DNA of 64,000 bases, taken from NCBI GenBank assembly GCA_017621525.1, contig JAGASX010000011.1, positions 47,865 to 111,864 of the forward strand, written 5' to 3'. Both the position numbers and the translations under genes were made by a program. The notes below the pieces were generated by a model. That model ran no database searches and was not told the origin of the DNA. It saw only the letters and a list, made by a program, of their open reading frames with translations. Positions within the stretch are counted from its first letter, which is position 1, and the number at the start of each line of letters is the position of its first letter. Source of the stretch: Clostridia bacterium (GTDB lineage Bacteria > Bacillota > Clostridia > Christensenellales > UBA1242). Of this stretch, positions 20,908-32,040 are shown one piece after another.

Positions 20908-21168
20908 TTATTTTACTTCTCTTATGCCAAGTTCTTTGATAAGGTTTCTGTATGCTTCAATATCTTGTTCTTTAAGATAAAGAAGGAAGCCCTTTCTTTT
21001 ACCAACCATTTGAAGAAGTCCACGACGTGAATGATTGTCTTTGTGGTTTTTCTTCAAGTGTTCATTCAAGTGGTTGATTCTTGCTGTAAGAAGTGCAACT
21101 TGAACTTGAACAGAACCTGTGTCGTTTTCAGAAAGTTTGTACTTTTCGATAATCTCTTTCTTATCCAT
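20908..21168 (-). CDS. rpsO: 30S ribosomal protein S15
   Basis: S15 sequence ([36 protein letters not shown]). Start at ATG 21168 after GGAGG. Confidence 0.95.
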   Translation of the reverse strand: MDKKEIIEKYKLSENDTGSVQVQVALLTARINHLNEHLKKNHKDNHSRRGLLQMVGKRKGFLLYLKEQDIEAYRNLIKELGIREVK

Positions 21169-21193
21169 AATTTCCTCCATTTTTATTTTTTAT

Positions 21194-21287
21194 CCTTTCA
21201 CGAAGTGCAAAGTCGAAGGTTTCTATTGCCTGCGTGAAGGTTTTTATCGACAAAATGGAGTATAGCACACTACAACCAATTTGTCCA
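21194..21287 (-). promoter_or_regulatory. Putative rpsO promoter and structured 5' leader
   Basis: Minus sense TGGACA (21282-21287), 17 nt, TATACT (21259-21264). A long-range stem CCTTCACG / CGTGAAAGG (21233-21240 / 21194-21202) lies just upstream of the RBS. S15 autoregulation is assumed only by analogy. Confidence 0.35.
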
Positions 21288-21301
21288 CTGATTTTAACAA
21301 A

Positions 21302-22717
21302 TTATTTAAAAAATTCTTTTTTCTTTTCAAGCATTTCATCAAACCGGGCGATATAATCCTCTACAAACTTAACATTGGCAAGTCTTGTAAGTTTTCTTTC
21401 AAGGTTGAATACCCTTTTGCTTATTGCACCAGCACCTATACCAATGATTGTGTTTGTTTCTTCCATGCTTTCTATATTGAACATACAAGGGTAGTTGTCC
21501 CTGAAATAACCAACATTTTCCAGCCCTTTAAGTTGATTTTTTTGGCGGTATATATAATATGGTTTATAATCATTTTTAAAAAGTGTGCTATGTGCATAGT
21601 CAAGCATTTTTTCAACGTCTTTATCATCGACCTTTGTTCCGTCGGTGCTTAAATTAGAGCCGTTTTTGATTGAAAGTGTATGAATAGTGATGTTGTGGGG
21701 TTGAAGTTCAAGCAGTGTATTTACTGTACGTTTAAAAATGCCCAATTTTTCGCCCGGAAGTCCCGCGATTATATCCATATTCACCACAAAATCGCGTTCA
21801 AGTGCAAGCGTGTACGCCTCATAAACCTGCATATTTTTTTGCTTTCTGCCAATGCGTTTAAGTGTTGCCTCGCAAAATGTTTGAGGGTTGATTGAAATTC
21901 TTGTAACACCCTGTTTCTTTAAAACATCAAGTTTTTCGGCGGTGATTGTGTCAGGTCTGCCACATTCCACAGTAAATTCATTGATTGGAAAGTTTAGTGC
22001 ACCCAAAAGCCTATCTAATTGTTTTGCAGTAAGCACCGACGGCGTACCGCCACCAATATAAATATTGCGGACAATATAAGACTTCTTTCTTATAATCTCT
22101 TTTACGCAGTTAATTTCTTTTATAAGGCAATCAATGTAGGTTTCAACTTTATCGCAAACTTTGGAAAGTTCGCTTGAAATAAAAGAACAATAAACGCATC
22201 TGGTTGGGCAAATTGGAATATTTACATAAAGGTCAATTAAATTATCGTTGCGAATTATCCCCTTTTGGTTTTTGATGATTTGTCCAACAAGCCTTGCCCT
22301 ATCCATAGATACAAAATAATCTCTATTTAAAATTTCTGGTACAAGATAACTTTCGCGAATTTCGCCATATTCAACAAGGTCGCAAGCAAACTTGGTTGGA
22401 CGAACGCCTGTAAGCGAGCCCCAAGGAAGTTGGACGCCTAATTCATTGCTTAAAATTTGATATAAATAGTTTTGCACCTTTCTTTTTCTTACAGATTTTT
22501 GACGAAGTTGCGAAAGAGAAAGGTTGAGGGAGTATTTATATTCATATTCCTTTGCTTGTCCATTTTTTATTAAGGTGAATTTTGTTTGAATTTCCCCCTC
22601 GCCCTCTTCGGTATGGGTAAGGGAAAGATTATCGTCTTCGCTTTCCCCTATACCGAAAAGTTTTGCAAGGTCTTGAAATTCAACCAAATATTCCTCTTTA
22701 TTTGTTGAGATTTTCAT
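21302..22717 (-). CDS. Radical SAM HemN/HemZ-family (oxygen-independent coproporphyrinogen III oxidase-like) protein
   Basis: CxxxCxxC motif (CPTRCVYCSF) and a GGGTPS motif. Size fits HemZ-type proteins. Confidence 0.8.
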   Translation of the reverse strand: MKISTNKEEYLVEFQDLAKLFGIGESEDDNLSLTHTEEGEGEIQTKFTLIKNGQAKEYEYKYSLNLSLSQLRQKSVRKRKVQNYLYQILSNELGVQLPWGSLTGVRPTKFACDLVEYGEIRESYLVPEILNRDYFVSMDRARLVGQIIKNQKGIIRNDNLIDLYVNIPICPTRCVYCSFISSELSKVCDKVETYIDCLIKEINCVKEIIRKKSYIVRNIYIGGGTPSVLTAKQLDRLLGALNFPINEFTVECGRPDTITAEKLDVLKKQGVTRISINPQTFCEATLKRIGRKQKNMQVYEAYTLALERDFVVNMDIIAGLPGEKLGIFKRTVNTLLELQPHNITIHTLSIKNGSNLSTDGTKVDDKDVEKMLDYAHSTLFKNDYKPYYIYRQKNQLKGLENVGYFRDNYPCMFNIESMEETNTIIGIGAGAISKRVFNLERKLTRLANVKFVEDYIARFDEMLEKKKEFFK

Positions 22718-24816
22718 CTTTCGCTCCTGTACACATTTATTACATTTTTTATATTTCTTATTGAACTTATTGCACTTTCAAGTTCTGCCTTGTTTTTAAC
22801 ATCTATAATAAGAGTGCAAACAAAATTGTCGCCGGCATCTTTGGCATCAAAGCCTTTTAAGTTGAATTTTAATCCGGTAAGCAGGCTGGTAAGTTTTGCA
22901 ATGTTGATGTTGTTTTTGTCTGCAACAACTTTTATAATAGCAGTAAATGTTGCGTTAGGTTTTTCCTGCCATTGGGCGTCAATAAGTCTTTCTTGCTCTA
23001 AATAAGCAAGGTTTGGGCAGTTTTTCCTATGGATTGCAACACCTTTACCACGTGAAATATAGCCAACAATATCATCACCCTCAATTGGAGAGCAACAGCC
23101 AGCAAAACGAACCATCATTCCGCTGTCGCCGTCAATAAGAACGCCCTCTTTATTACGTTTAAGGTGTACAACATTTTCAACTTTTGGAAGTGGTTTATTT
23201 TCATTATTATACAAATTTATGCATCTGCCCAAAACTTGCGAAGAGGTAACAGAGCCAGAGCCAATTGAAGCATAAAGTTCTTCAATTGTTTCCATATTAT
23301 ATTTCTTCAAAATATCAGCAAGGTATTTATCTTGTAAAAGTTGCGAAGAAGTGTACCCTTTATCTTGCATTGCCTCGGCAAGCATACTTTTGCCAAGTCG
23401 AATATTTTCATCTTTAAGTTCATTTTTGAAAAAGGCTTTTATTTTACTTCTTGCACTGCTTGTTTTTACAAATTTAAGCCAATCGCGAGATGGGCCTTTT
23501 GAATGGGAGTTTGTTATGATTTCAACAATGTCGCCATTGCGAAGTTCTGTTGTGAATGGTTTAAGTTTGCCATTGATTTTGGCACCTACGCATTGGTTTC
23601 CTATCTGGCTGTGAATGGCATAAGCAAAGTCGATGACGGTTGAGCCCTCTGGAAATTCAATTACTCTGCCTTTTGGAGTTTGAACAACCAAAAGTCCTGC
23701 ATAAAGGTCGCCTTTAAGAGTTTCGATAAAGTCATCATTAGACATATTTTTTGCGTTTTCTATGGTCTGCCTAAACCATGTCATTCTTATATCAAAATCA
23801 TCTTGTTTGGACTTTTTTTCTTTATACAGCCAATGTGAATAAACGCCGTATTCAGACTCTTTATGCATTGCTTTTGTCCTTATTTGAATTTCCATTGGGT
23901 GTTGGTTGTCTACAATAACCGTTGTATGCAGGGATTGATAGCCGTTTGGTTTTGGATTGGCAATATAGTCTTTTACTCTGCCCGGCATTGGCTTGTAAAT
24001 TCCATGTATTCTTCCCAAAACTTCATAGCACTCTTCCACGGTTTGTACAATAACCCTCATCGCCAAAATGTCGTAAATTTGGTCGAGAGTAAGGTTTTTA
24101 TTATGAAGTTTATTAAAAATTGAAGAAACGTGTTTAATTCTGCTTGCAATCTCACCTTTTATACCTAATTGTTTTAAAATTTCTTTTATTTTGGTAAGTG
24201 AGAGGGCAAGTTGTGCCTCGTTCTCTTCCCTTTTTGCCTCTACTGCCTCTTTAAGGCGGTAGTATTCATCGGGATATTCAAGGCGAATTACATTATCGTA
24301 AAGGTGTTGTTTAAGTTTATCAAGCCCCAACCTTTCTGCAAGTGGAACGTGAATTTCTTTTACCTGTTTTATAAAAAACGCCTCATTTTCACTAACAGGA
24401 TTTTTAAGGATTGAAATGTCATAATAAACGCCAAAAAGTTTGATGATAACAACGCGCAGGTCATTGCTCATAACAATAAACATACGGCGAATATCCTCTA
24501 CCTCTTCGCTTTGGGTAAGTTGGTTTATATCTTTGATTGTTTTAAAATCATTTATCATGCCTTGTGTTTCTTCTGGCATATCCAAAGCGATTTTATCTGC
24601 AAGTTCTGGATTTTCCTTATAAAGTTGATAGTTTGAAAAAGCGAGTGCCGATTGTGTGTCTAACTTATAATCTACCATCATCTGCAAAATTACCTTTGCG
24701 CGAGGCAAATTAACATTGTCATTAAGCATTTGCTCTACCAGCAAATTTTCTTGTTCGGTAAATTTGAAAAATGTTGCTATTTGCTTAATTTCTTTTAAAA
24801 TGTCGTGCATGTTCAA
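22714..24816 (-). CDS. rel: Long RelA/SpoT homolog: (p)ppGpp synthetase with TGS, zinc-finger and ACT/RRM C-terminal domains; hydrolase motifs not recognisable
   Basis: Synthetase motifs (RVKDYIANPKPNGYQSLHTTV, MEIQIRT), TGS (GDIVEIIT), CCSPIEGDDIVGY. AAGGAG RBS. Confidence 0.92.
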   Translation of the reverse strand: MNMHDILKEIKQIATFFKFTEQENLLVEQMLNDNVNLPRAKVILQMMVDYKLDTQSALAFSNYQLYKENPELADKIALDMPEETQGMINDFKTIKDINQLTQSEEVEDIRRMFIVMSNDLRVVIIKLFGVYYDISILKNPVSENEAFFIKQVKEIHVPLAERLGLDKLKQHLYDNVIRLEYPDEYYRLKEAVEAKREENEAQLALSLTKIKEILKQLGIKGEIASRIKHVSSIFNKLHNKNLTLDQIYDILAMRVIVQTVEECYEVLGRIHGIYKPMPGRVKDYIANPKPNGYQSLHTTVIVDNQHPMEIQIRTKAMHKESEYGVYSHWLYKEKKSKQDDFDIRMTWFRQTIENAKNMSNDDFIETLKGDLYAGLLVVQTPKGRVIEFPEGSTVIDFAYAIHSQIGNQCVGAKINGKLKPFTTELRNGDIVEIITNSHSKGPSRDWLKFVKTSSARSKIKAFFKNELKDENIRLGKSMLAEAMQDKGYTSSQLLQDKYLADILKKYNMETIEELYASIGSGSVTSSQVLGRCINLYNNENKPLPKVENVVHLKRNKEGVLIDGDSGMMVRFAGCCSPIEGDDIVGYISRGKGVAIHRKNCPNLAYLEQERLIDAQWQEKPNATFTAIIKVVADKNNINIAKLTSLLTGLKFNLKGFDAKDAGDNFVCTLIIDVKNKAELESAISSIRNIKNVINVYRSER

Positions 24817-27172
24817 TCTCTCCTTTTTGGGTGTCTTTTATAAGTTTCAAACGATTGTATATTTTTGAATTTGTAAGGTCGTTTTTCTCGCCCTTGTTTA
24901 CCTTTATAGTTATATTGCCATCGTTTACAACAGAAATAATACCAAGTTCGTTGAAAACAAGCATTGCAGAATAGAATGAAAAGAATGAAATGTTTGAAAG
25001 TTCACACTTATCGTATAGGTCAAACACATTATATACCGCTTTCCCCGCTTTTGACGAGAGAGCCTTGAAAACTTTGCCAAAACATTCTCGTGAAATATCC
25101 AATCCAGAAAATTTACGGGGGTCGCCACCCTGTTTATCTATTGGAATATAAATTTCAGCATCAGTTACGCGATTTAGTGCGGAGATAAACTTTTCATCAA
25201 TCACCGGCGAAAGGAAGATGATTTTTGAAAAGTTTTTCGCCCATGAAGTACCATTTGGTGAAAGAAGTATGCTGTTGTAACCTATTTCTCTGTTTTCATA
25301 AAACCCAAAGTGATATATGCCTTGTGTACTATATTGTTTACAAAAATCTACATATTCAAAGCACGAATATGTTACAAAGCAGGTGCCAAAAACAGAGTTT
25401 GAAGCATGGGTTACAAAATTTACAAGTTCTGATTTTGGATACATCGTATATTTTGCATCACCTCTGCCATCAACAATCAATTGATTGATTTCAATAGCGT
25501 TTAACTTTTTGTATGCATCTTCAACGATAAAACTTCCACCATCAAATGCCTCAACAGTACCGTTTGTGGAATGAGGTTCAAGTTCAAATATAAAGGATTT
25601 TTGGCGGGCAAGGTTGATTTTTATAATGTTGTTTGAAAAATTGAAGTACATTAAATTAAGTTTGCCAATTTTTATATTTGCGTGTTGTGGCAGGCGTTTA
25701 AGTGGTACAATTTCCACATCGTTTGCCGTGATTTTAAATCTTGGGCGAGGGTTTTCACAGCCAAAAGGTTCTAAAAGAGAAAGTTCTTTTACAAACTGTG
25801 GCGTAACCTCTTCTTCGGTGATTTCTTGGTCATAATATTCAATAGGTATAAATACATCTTCGCTTATGTTGTTTAAAGCAAAGGAATTTATCTTTTGGCA
25901 GAAAAGTTGATAGTTCTCTTTTTTCAGCGAAAGACCCGCGGCCATGGAGTGCCCGCCAAATGTTTCCAAAATATCTTTAAGAGATGACAAAAGTTCATGA
26001 ATGTTTATATCGTTTATGCTTCTGCCAGAGCCTGAAAGAATTTCACCCTCTTGCACAAACAAAAACACAGGTTTATGATATTTCTCTACAAGGCGAGAGC
26101 TAACTATGCCCAAAACTCCCTTATCCCATGCTTTGGAAGCAAGGGTGATAACTCGTTGGTTTTTTAAATCCATTTTGGCAAGTGCCTTTTCGCAATCATC
26201 AAAAATCTTGTTGCAAATATCCTGTCTTTTTACATTGTGTTTTTTAACCTTTTCAAGGCATTTTTTAAGTTTTGGAATATCTGTTTCAAAGTATATTTTC
26301 AGTGAATCTGTCGCATCGCCCATTCTGCCAGAGGCGTTAAGTTTTGGCCCAATTTTAAATGAAATGCTGGTTGAATTTGGCTCTTGCAGGCTTATTCCAT
26401 ACTCTTTAAACATCATCTTTAAGCCTATTGGCAAATGTTTTTCGCAAAGTTTCAGTCCGCGTGTTACAAGTGTGCGATTTTCGCCAATTAGAGGCACGAT
26501 ATCCACTATTGTTGCAATTGCACAAATAGGCAAAAATTGTTCAGCCTCTACCCTACCTAAAAGAGCCTCGGCAAATTTATAAGCAACGCCCGTCCCGCAA
26601 AGTTCCCTAAATGGATATGCTTGATTTGGTAGTTTTGCGTTTAGCACAATGGTATCTGGTATGATTTCTGGAATTTCATGGTGGTCTGTAACCACAACTT
26701 CTATGCCCAATGTTTTTGCATATTCAATTTCGTTTGCACATGAAATTCCGCAGTCTACCGTTATGATAAGGGTTGGAGAAAACTGCTGTGCAATTTTATC
26801 TATCACAGCATTTGTAAGACCATAGCCATCAACAAAGCGGTTTGGCAAATAGTAATCTGCTTTTATGCCAAACTGTGCCAATGCTTTTATCATAATTGCG
26901 GTGGCGCTTACGCCATCTACATCATAGTCGCCAAAGATGAGGACTTTGTCTTTTAATTCCTTTGCAAGTTTAACCCGTGCGACAAGCCTTTGCATATCTT
27001 TAAGCAAAAGTGGGTCATGCATTTGGGTTGGGTTTAAAAATTCTTCAAATTCTTCTTCACTGCTTACCCCGCGTGAAAGCACAAGTTCTGTTGTGCGGGG
27101 TGAAAGATTAAACTTATCTGCAAAAAATTGAACTTTGTCGGCATCTTTGTTAAAAAATTTTTTAAAAATCAT
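24785..27172 (-). CDS. recJ: Single-stranded-DNA-specific exonuclease RecJ
   Basis: DHH motifs (GDYDVDGVSA, TVDCG, VVTDHH) and DHHA1 (GGHSMAAG). recJ-rel synteny. Confidence 0.93.
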   Translation of the reverse strand: MIFKKFFNKDADKVQFFADKFNLSPRTTELVLSRGVSSEEEFEEFLNPTQMHDPLLLKDMQRLVARVKLAKELKDKVLIFGDYDVDGVSATAIMIKALAQFGIKADYYLPNRFVDGYGLTNAVIDKIAQQFSPTLIITVDCGISCANEIEYAKTLGIEVVVTDHHEIPEIIPDTIVLNAKLPNQAYPFRELCGTGVAYKFAEALLGRVEAEQFLPICAIATIVDIVPLIGENRTLVTRGLKLCEKHLPIGLKMMFKEYGISLQEPNSTSISFKIGPKLNASGRMGDATDSLKIYFETDIPKLKKCLEKVKKHNVKRQDICNKIFDDCEKALAKMDLKNQRVITLASKAWDKGVLGIVSSRLVEKYHKPVFLFVQEGEILSGSGRSINDINIHELLSSLKDILETFGGHSMAAGLSLKKENYQLFCQKINSFALNNISEDVFIPIEYYDQEITEEEVTPQFVKELSLLEPFGCENPRPRFKITANDVEIVPLKRLPQHANIKIGKLNLMYFNFSNNIIKINLARQKSFIFELEPHSTNGTVEAFDGGSFIVEDAYKKLNAIEINQLIVDGRGDAKYTMYPKSELVNFVTHASNSVFGTCFVTYSCFEYVDFCKQYSTQGIYHFGFYENREIGYNSILLSPNGTSWAKNFSKIIFLSPVIDEKFISALNRVTDAEIYIPIDKQGGDPRKFSGLDISRECFGKVFKALSSKAGKAVYNVFDLYDKCELSNISFFSFYSAMLVFNELGIISVVNDGNITIKVNKGEKNDLTNSKIYNRLKLIKDTQKGEIEHARHFKRN

Positions 27173-27243
27173 TTTATGCCTTTCTTTGTTTTTATTATAA
27201 ATTAAAAAGCAATATCATTGCAAGTAAAAATGACAACAAAATT

Positions 27244-27268
27244 AAAAAAACTGCCAAAGTTTGGCAGT
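27244..27268 (-). terminator. Intrinsic terminator
   Basis: Minus-sense CTGCCAAA / TTTGGCAG stem followed by T7. Confidence 0.65.
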
Positions 27269-27274
27269 TTTTGA

Positions 27275-27979
27275 TTAACCTTTTGGTTTATATATCATTC
27301 TTCGGCAATGCTCGCAAACAAGCATACCATCTTCTTCAAGTTTCATAAGGCTGACGTAAGGCATTTCCATATGGCAACCACCGCAAGAATTACCTTTAAG
27401 TGGCACAACAACAGGAAATACATTTTCTCTACGTCTTTTTTGATATGATTCAAGCAAATTGCCGTCAATATCTTTTGCAAGAGAGGCAAGTTCTTGCGTG
27501 AGTTTGTTTTTCTCACCCTCCACTGCTTTAACATCTGCATCATAAGCGTTTTTGCTGTCGGCATATTGTTGTTTTGCACTGTTGAATGTTTTTATTGTTT
27601 TATTGAATTCAGCAAGTGTTGAATTCATATTTTCAGCAAGGGTTGTAAGGTTCTTTTCAAGAATTTGCAAGTTTTGGGCAAGTTTGTTTTTAAGCATGAT
27701 AAGGTTATCAAGTTCTGCCTTAGTCATACTTTCAATATCCTTTTGCATAAATTCTTGCATCTTGTCTTCTTGAATTTTAAACTGCTTTTTCACCTTATCA
27801 ATTTCGGCAAGAAGTGCACCCGCCCTTTCTTCCAATTTTACAGAACGATTTTGGGCGTTTTTAATATTCTCATGCATTTGGCTTGCCAAAATTCTGTTTT
27901 TATTTTCTTTCAAGCCCCTTTCAATTTTAAAAAGTTGGCTGTCAAGTTTTTGATATTCAAGCAATTTCTCTACTTTCAT
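27275..27979 (-). CDS. Coiled-coil protein with C-terminal C4 zinc ribbon (COG1579-like)
   Basis: Long heptad-like region followed by CGGCHM..CEHCRR. Confidence 0.75.
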   Translation of the reverse strand: MKVEKLLEYQKLDSQLFKIERGLKENKNRILASQMHENIKNAQNRSVKLEERAGALLAEIDKVKKQFKIQEDKMQEFMQKDIESMTKAELDNLIMLKNKLAQNLQILEKNLTTLAENMNSTLAEFNKTIKTFNSAKQQYADSKNAYDADVKAVEGEKNKLTQELASLAKDIDGNLLESYQKRRRENVFPVVVPLKGNSCGGCHMEMPYVSLMKLEEDGMLVCEHCRRMIYKPKG

Positions 27980-27996
27980 AAATTCTCCTTAATTTT

Positions 27997-29055
27997 TTAG
28001 TTTATAAAGTCTACAAGTTTTTTACTTCTGTTTGGGTGTTTAAGTTTTCTTAATGCTTTCGCCTCAATTTGACGGATACGCTCTCTGGTTACGCTGAATT
28101 CTCTGCCCACCTCTTCAAGGGTTTTGCTTTTGCCGTCAATAAGGCCATATCTTTCACGGATGACCTGTTGTTCGCGAGGTGTAAGGGTTTCGATAACCGC
28201 AAGAAGTTGCTCGTGCAATAATTTTTGAGAGGCAACTTCCATTGGACTTTTGGCAGATTCGTCTTCGATAAAGTCGCTCATCTTGCTGTCTTCCTCTTCA
28301 CCGATTGGGGTTTCAAGAGAAATTGGGTCAAGTGCACTCTTTTTAATTTCAATAACCTTTGCTTCGCTTAATCCCATCGCCTCGGCAATTTCTTCAAGGG
28401 TTGGTTCGCGAGAAAGTTGTTGAGTAAGTGTGCGAACTGTTCTTGAATAGCGATTGATTGTTTCAACCATGTGTACAGGCAGACGAATTGTTCTTGATTG
28501 GTCTGCAATTGCCCTTGTGATTGCCTGTTTTATCCACCAAGTGGCGTATGTTGAAAACCTGAAACCTTTTGTGTGGTCAAACTTTTCAACAGCCCTTAAA
28601 AGTCCCATATTGCCCTCTTGGATAAGGTCAAGGAATGAAAGGGAGTTGGTGTTTGCCCAACGTTTTGCAATTGACACAACAAGACGCAAGTTTGCTTGGC
28701 AAAGTCTTACTTTTGCCTCCATCTCGCCTTCAAGAATTTTCTTGGCAAGTTCTATTTCATCTTCGGCTGAAAGAAGAGGCACTTTGCCAATATCTTTAAG
28801 ATACATTTTTACAGGGTCATCAATGGCAACAAAGCCGGGAATATCAATTTCTTCTTCGCCGTCTTGTCCATCATCGGTGGCTTTGATTATCTTTATGCCT
28901 TGGCTTTCCATTTTTTTAATAAATTTTTGAATTTCTTGGGCTGAAAGGTCATATTTCAACAATCTGTAATAGACGTCATCTTCATTCATAGAGCCTTTTT
29001 TAGCACCTATATCGAAGATTTTTTTCATCTCCATCTCTGACTTGCTATCTAACAT
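27997..29055 (-). CDS. sigA: RNA polymerase primary sigma factor
   Basis: Regions 1.2 to 4 are recognisable ([43 protein letters not shown]). dnaG-sigA operon. GGAGG RBS. Confidence 0.95.
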   Translation of the reverse strand: MLDSKSEMEMKKIFDIGAKKGSMNEDDVYYRLLKYDLSAQEIQKFIKKMESQGIKIIKATDDGQDGEEEIDIPGFVAIDDPVKMYLKDIGKVPLLSAEDEIELAKKILEGEMEAKVRLCQANLRLVVSIAKRWANTNSLSFLDLIQEGNMGLLRAVEKFDHTKGFRFSTYATWWIKQAITRAIADQSRTIRLPVHMVETINRYSRTVRTLTQQLSREPTLEEIAEAMGLSEAKVIEIKKSALDPISLETPIGEEEDSKMSDFIEDESAKSPMEVASQKLLHEQLLAVIETLTPREQQVIRERYGLIDGKSKTLEEVGREFSVTRERIRQIEAKALRKLKHPNRSKKLVDFIN

Positions 29056-30838
29056 AAAATTCCTCCAAACTTTTCTCTCGCAGTGCCTTATTTACTGCGT
29101 TTAATTTCTTCATAATTTCAAGTCTTTCTTCCTGCACTCGGCACTCGGTAAACTGTTTTGTAAGTTCCTCCTGCCGTTTTGAAAGTTCTTGGCTTGCAAT
29201 AAGCCTTATACATTCATCAAAATATACTTGTGCGTTGTTTTTATACAAATCAAAATCTATTGCAAGGCAATCCTTTAAGGTTGGCATATTTTCAACATCA
29301 AAATAGTCATAATATGATGAAATTGGTATGCCGGCAAGTGCCTTATCAATTACATCAGCAAACCTTGGCAATAGTTTTTTATAGTCTATCTCTCGCCTTA
29401 CAAATGGCTTTTTAAATACAAGCGAACCAAGCACATACTTTACAGCACGATTGTTGCCATTTTCGCGAGAAACTAAAACATTTTGTCCCTCTTTTTCTGG
29501 CAGTTTTGCAGGTGTTATACCCTTTTTTATTTTTGCAATATCACGCCTTAAAATATCAATTGGCACATTGGTTATATCCCTTATTTTTTCAAGGTACGGC
29601 TCCTCCATGCTGGACGAGTCGAGTTTTGCAATTATGTCGAGGGCGGACTGAGTGAATTTGCCCTTTTCATCAGCATGGGAAAGGTTGTATTTTTTCAGTT
29701 CATTTTCAATAAGGTAATCTGTTGGTGGCAATGCCTTGTTTATTATTTCTTCAAGTGCTTGTTTGCCTTGCAATCTTAATATTTCGTCAGGGTCATGTCC
29801 GTCTGGCATTTGTGCGATGCGAATATCAAAACCCTCTTCTTTTAAAATTTCAATTGATTTTATTGTGGCTTTTATACCAGCGGTGTCGCCGTCAAAGCAC
29901 AAGACAACTTTGTTGGAAAGTTTTTTAAGTTCTTTTGCGTTTTCTTTGGTGAGAGCGGTACCCATGCAGGCAACTGTTGATTTAAAGCCGGCACGATGCA
30001 TGGCAATAACGTCAATTTGCCCTTCTACAATGATGACCTTGTCCAAATTTCCGCTTTGTTTTAGCGCCTTTACAAGGTTTATACCAAACACCACCCTTCC
30101 TTTTTGGAATACAACCGTTTCGGCAGTATTTTTGTATTTGGCGTAATCTGTTTTTTCAAGTGCACGGGCAGAAAACCCTACACATTCATTAAAAGCATTG
30201 AAAATTGGAAAGCAAAGTCTGCCAGCCATAACATCATAGTATGTTGTTTTGCCATTTTCCTTTTCTTTTGCTTGAACTACGCCCGCTTCAAGCATTTCGT
30301 TGTATGTAAAGCCATGTTTGCGAAGGTGCCCAATAAGGTCTGTCCAATTTAGTGAATATCCAAGTTTAAAATCTTCAAGTTCTCGTCTTGTAAAACCCCT
30401 TTGTTTTATGTAATCTTGGGCAGGTTTTGCCTCTTTTGTGTAAAGGTTTGCTTGATAGTGTTTATATGTTTCGTCCAAAAGTTTAAGCACCCTTTCTTTA
30501 AGTTGTTTTTTCTGGGTATTTTCTTGCGTGCCTTGATATTGTGGTACTTCCATGCCTGCGTTTTTGGCAAGAATTGAAATTGCCTCTTGAAAATCGCAAC
30601 TTTCAAATTTTTGAACATAGGCAATAACGTCGCCGTGCTCTTTACAGCCAAAACAATAAAAATAACCTTCGTCCTCGCTTACGGTAAAGGACGGAGTTTT
30701 TTCATGATGAAATGGGCAACACGCCCAAAATTTATTGCCTTTGCGCTCTAAACGAATTGTTTTGCCAATAACTGACACTATATTGTTTTTCTGTTTAAGT
30801 TCGCTAAGCCAATCTGTAGGAAAGCCTTTATTCTGCAA
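29045..30838 (-). CDS. dnaG: DNA primase
   Basis: Zinc finger [15 protein letters not shown] and a TOPRIM domain ([15 protein letters not shown]). Apparent TTG start with GGAG upstream. Confidence 0.95.
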   Translation of the reverse strand: MQNKGFPTDWLSELKQKNNIVSVIGKTIRLERKGNKFWACCPFHHEKTPSFTVSEDEGYFYCFGCKEHGDVIAYVQKFESCDFQEAISILAKNAGMEVPQYQGTQENTQKKQLKERVLKLLDETYKHYQANLYTKEAKPAQDYIKQRGFTRRELEDFKLGYSLNWTDLIGHLRKHGFTYNEMLEAGVVQAKEKENGKTTYYDVMAGRLCFPIFNAFNECVGFSARALEKTDYAKYKNTAETVVFQKGRVVFGINLVKALKQSGNLDKVIIVEGQIDVIAMHRAGFKSTVACMGTALTKENAKELKKLSNKVVLCFDGDTAGIKATIKSIEILKEEGFDIRIAQMPDGHDPDEILRLQGKQALEEIINKALPPTDYLIENELKKYNLSHADEKGKFTQSALDIIAKLDSSSMEEPYLEKIRDITNVPIDILRRDIAKIKKGITPAKLPEKEGQNVLVSRENGNNRAVKYVLGSLVFKKPFVRREIDYKKLLPRFADVIDKALAGIPISSYYDYFDVENMPTLKDCLAIDFDLYKNNAQVYFDECIRLIASQELSKRQEELTKQFTECRVQEERLEIMKKLNAVNKALREKSLEEFYVR

Positions 30839-30932
30839 ATTAAATCTCCAAAAAATTACTCTTTAAACTTATTATACAACAAAAAAACTTAATTTCCTCT
30901 TTTTATTTTAAATTTTTTAGAAAATTATTTTT

Positions 30933-31589
30933 TTATATCAAACTTCCTTGTAAATAAACTGACGGAATATCACCAACAATTATACTTTCGCACAAAGCAA
31001 CTTCCATTTCTGTTACAAAATTTTGGGTATTTGCCGGCAAAACCATGCCAACGCTTGCTGAAATTTGAAAATAAAGCCTATGAATAGTTTGGTTTATACC
31101 CGCAGACTGAAAAGATGAAGCAAATTTAGTGTTTATCGTGCCAACAGGTACAAGTTGTACCGAAATTTTAGGTCCCACTCCATATAAAAAGGGAATTCCT
31201 GAAAATGTACCCAAAGCAATATCCACGCCCTCATTGCTTATGCCGTCAAAATGGCGTTGAACCTCTTGGGTAATCTGCCTTACAAGCATATTAACTTTGA
31301 TTGTGTCAACTTCTATAAGTTCAATTTTATTGTCATTTGAATATGAAATGTTTACAATTCCGTCATAGGTTATATTTTGAGTGATAATCACATCGTTTAC
31401 AGACTGGCTGATTATTCTTGTGGAAACAGAACGGATTTTCTCTTGGCTTAACTGAATAACAATTGGGCAAACAACCTTAAAATAGTAAACGCAAATTGCT
31501 GTAAAAATTGTAGCAATGCAAAAAAGGGCGACAAACCACTTCCGTTTTTTCGCCTTTCTTTTTTTGTTTTTATAGTAAGCCACTTGCAT
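30933..31589 (-). CDS. yunB: Sporulation protein YunB
   Basis: N-terminal TM helix. The C-terminal half resembles Bacillus subtilis YunB as recalled from memory (ALGTFSG..GPKISV.., ..VGDIPSVY). Confidence 0.7.
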   Translation of the reverse strand: MQVAYYKNKKRKAKKRKWFVALFCIATIFTAICVYYFKVVCPIVIQLSQEKIRSVSTRIISQSVNDVIITQNITYDGIVNISYSNDNKIELIEVDTIKVNMLVRQITQEVQRHFDGISNEGVDIALGTFSGIPFLYGVGPKISVQLVPVGTINTKFASSFQSAGINQTIHRLYFQISASVGMVLPANTQNFVTEMEVALCESIIVGDIPSVYLQGSLI

Positions 31590-31680
31590 ACAAATTTATA
31601 TGCCTTTAAATCTTAAAACTTTACCTTATTTTACATAATACAATATTTTGTATGAATTATGTTGGACATAATACAAAATA

Positions 31681-32037
31681 TTACTTTTTTGTTTTGGAAT
31701 GAAATATAAGCGCAAAGATAAATGCAAACAACACAGCCGCAGCAATACCTCCGGCAGTTGCTTCAAGTCCGCCAGTGAACGCTCCCAAAAGCCCCTTTGC
31801 CCTTACCGCGCCAATAGCACCTTTTGCAAGCGATGCACCAAAGCCAATGATTGGCACATTTATCCCCGCCCTTGCAAATTGAGAAATAGGGTCAAAAATT
31901 TCAAACGCCTGCAAAGCAACACCTATCAGCACAAAGGTAACCAAAATACGGGCAGAAGTTATATTTGTGTAAATGATAAGCACCTGACCTAACATACAAA
32001 TAAAACCGCCTATTAAAAACACCCAAAGATAATACAT
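31681..32037 (-). CDS. spoVAE: Stage V sporulation protein AE (SpoVAEB type)
   Basis: 118-aa polytopic membrane protein directly downstream of spoVAD. Typical size and position. Confidence 0.85.
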   Translation of the reverse strand: MYYLWVFLIGGFICMLGQVLIIYTNITSARILVTFVLIGVALQAFEIFDPISQFARAGINVPIIGFGASLAKGAIGAVRAKGLLGAFTGGLEATAGGIAAAVLFAFIFALIFHSKTKK

Positions 32038-32040
32038 TTT

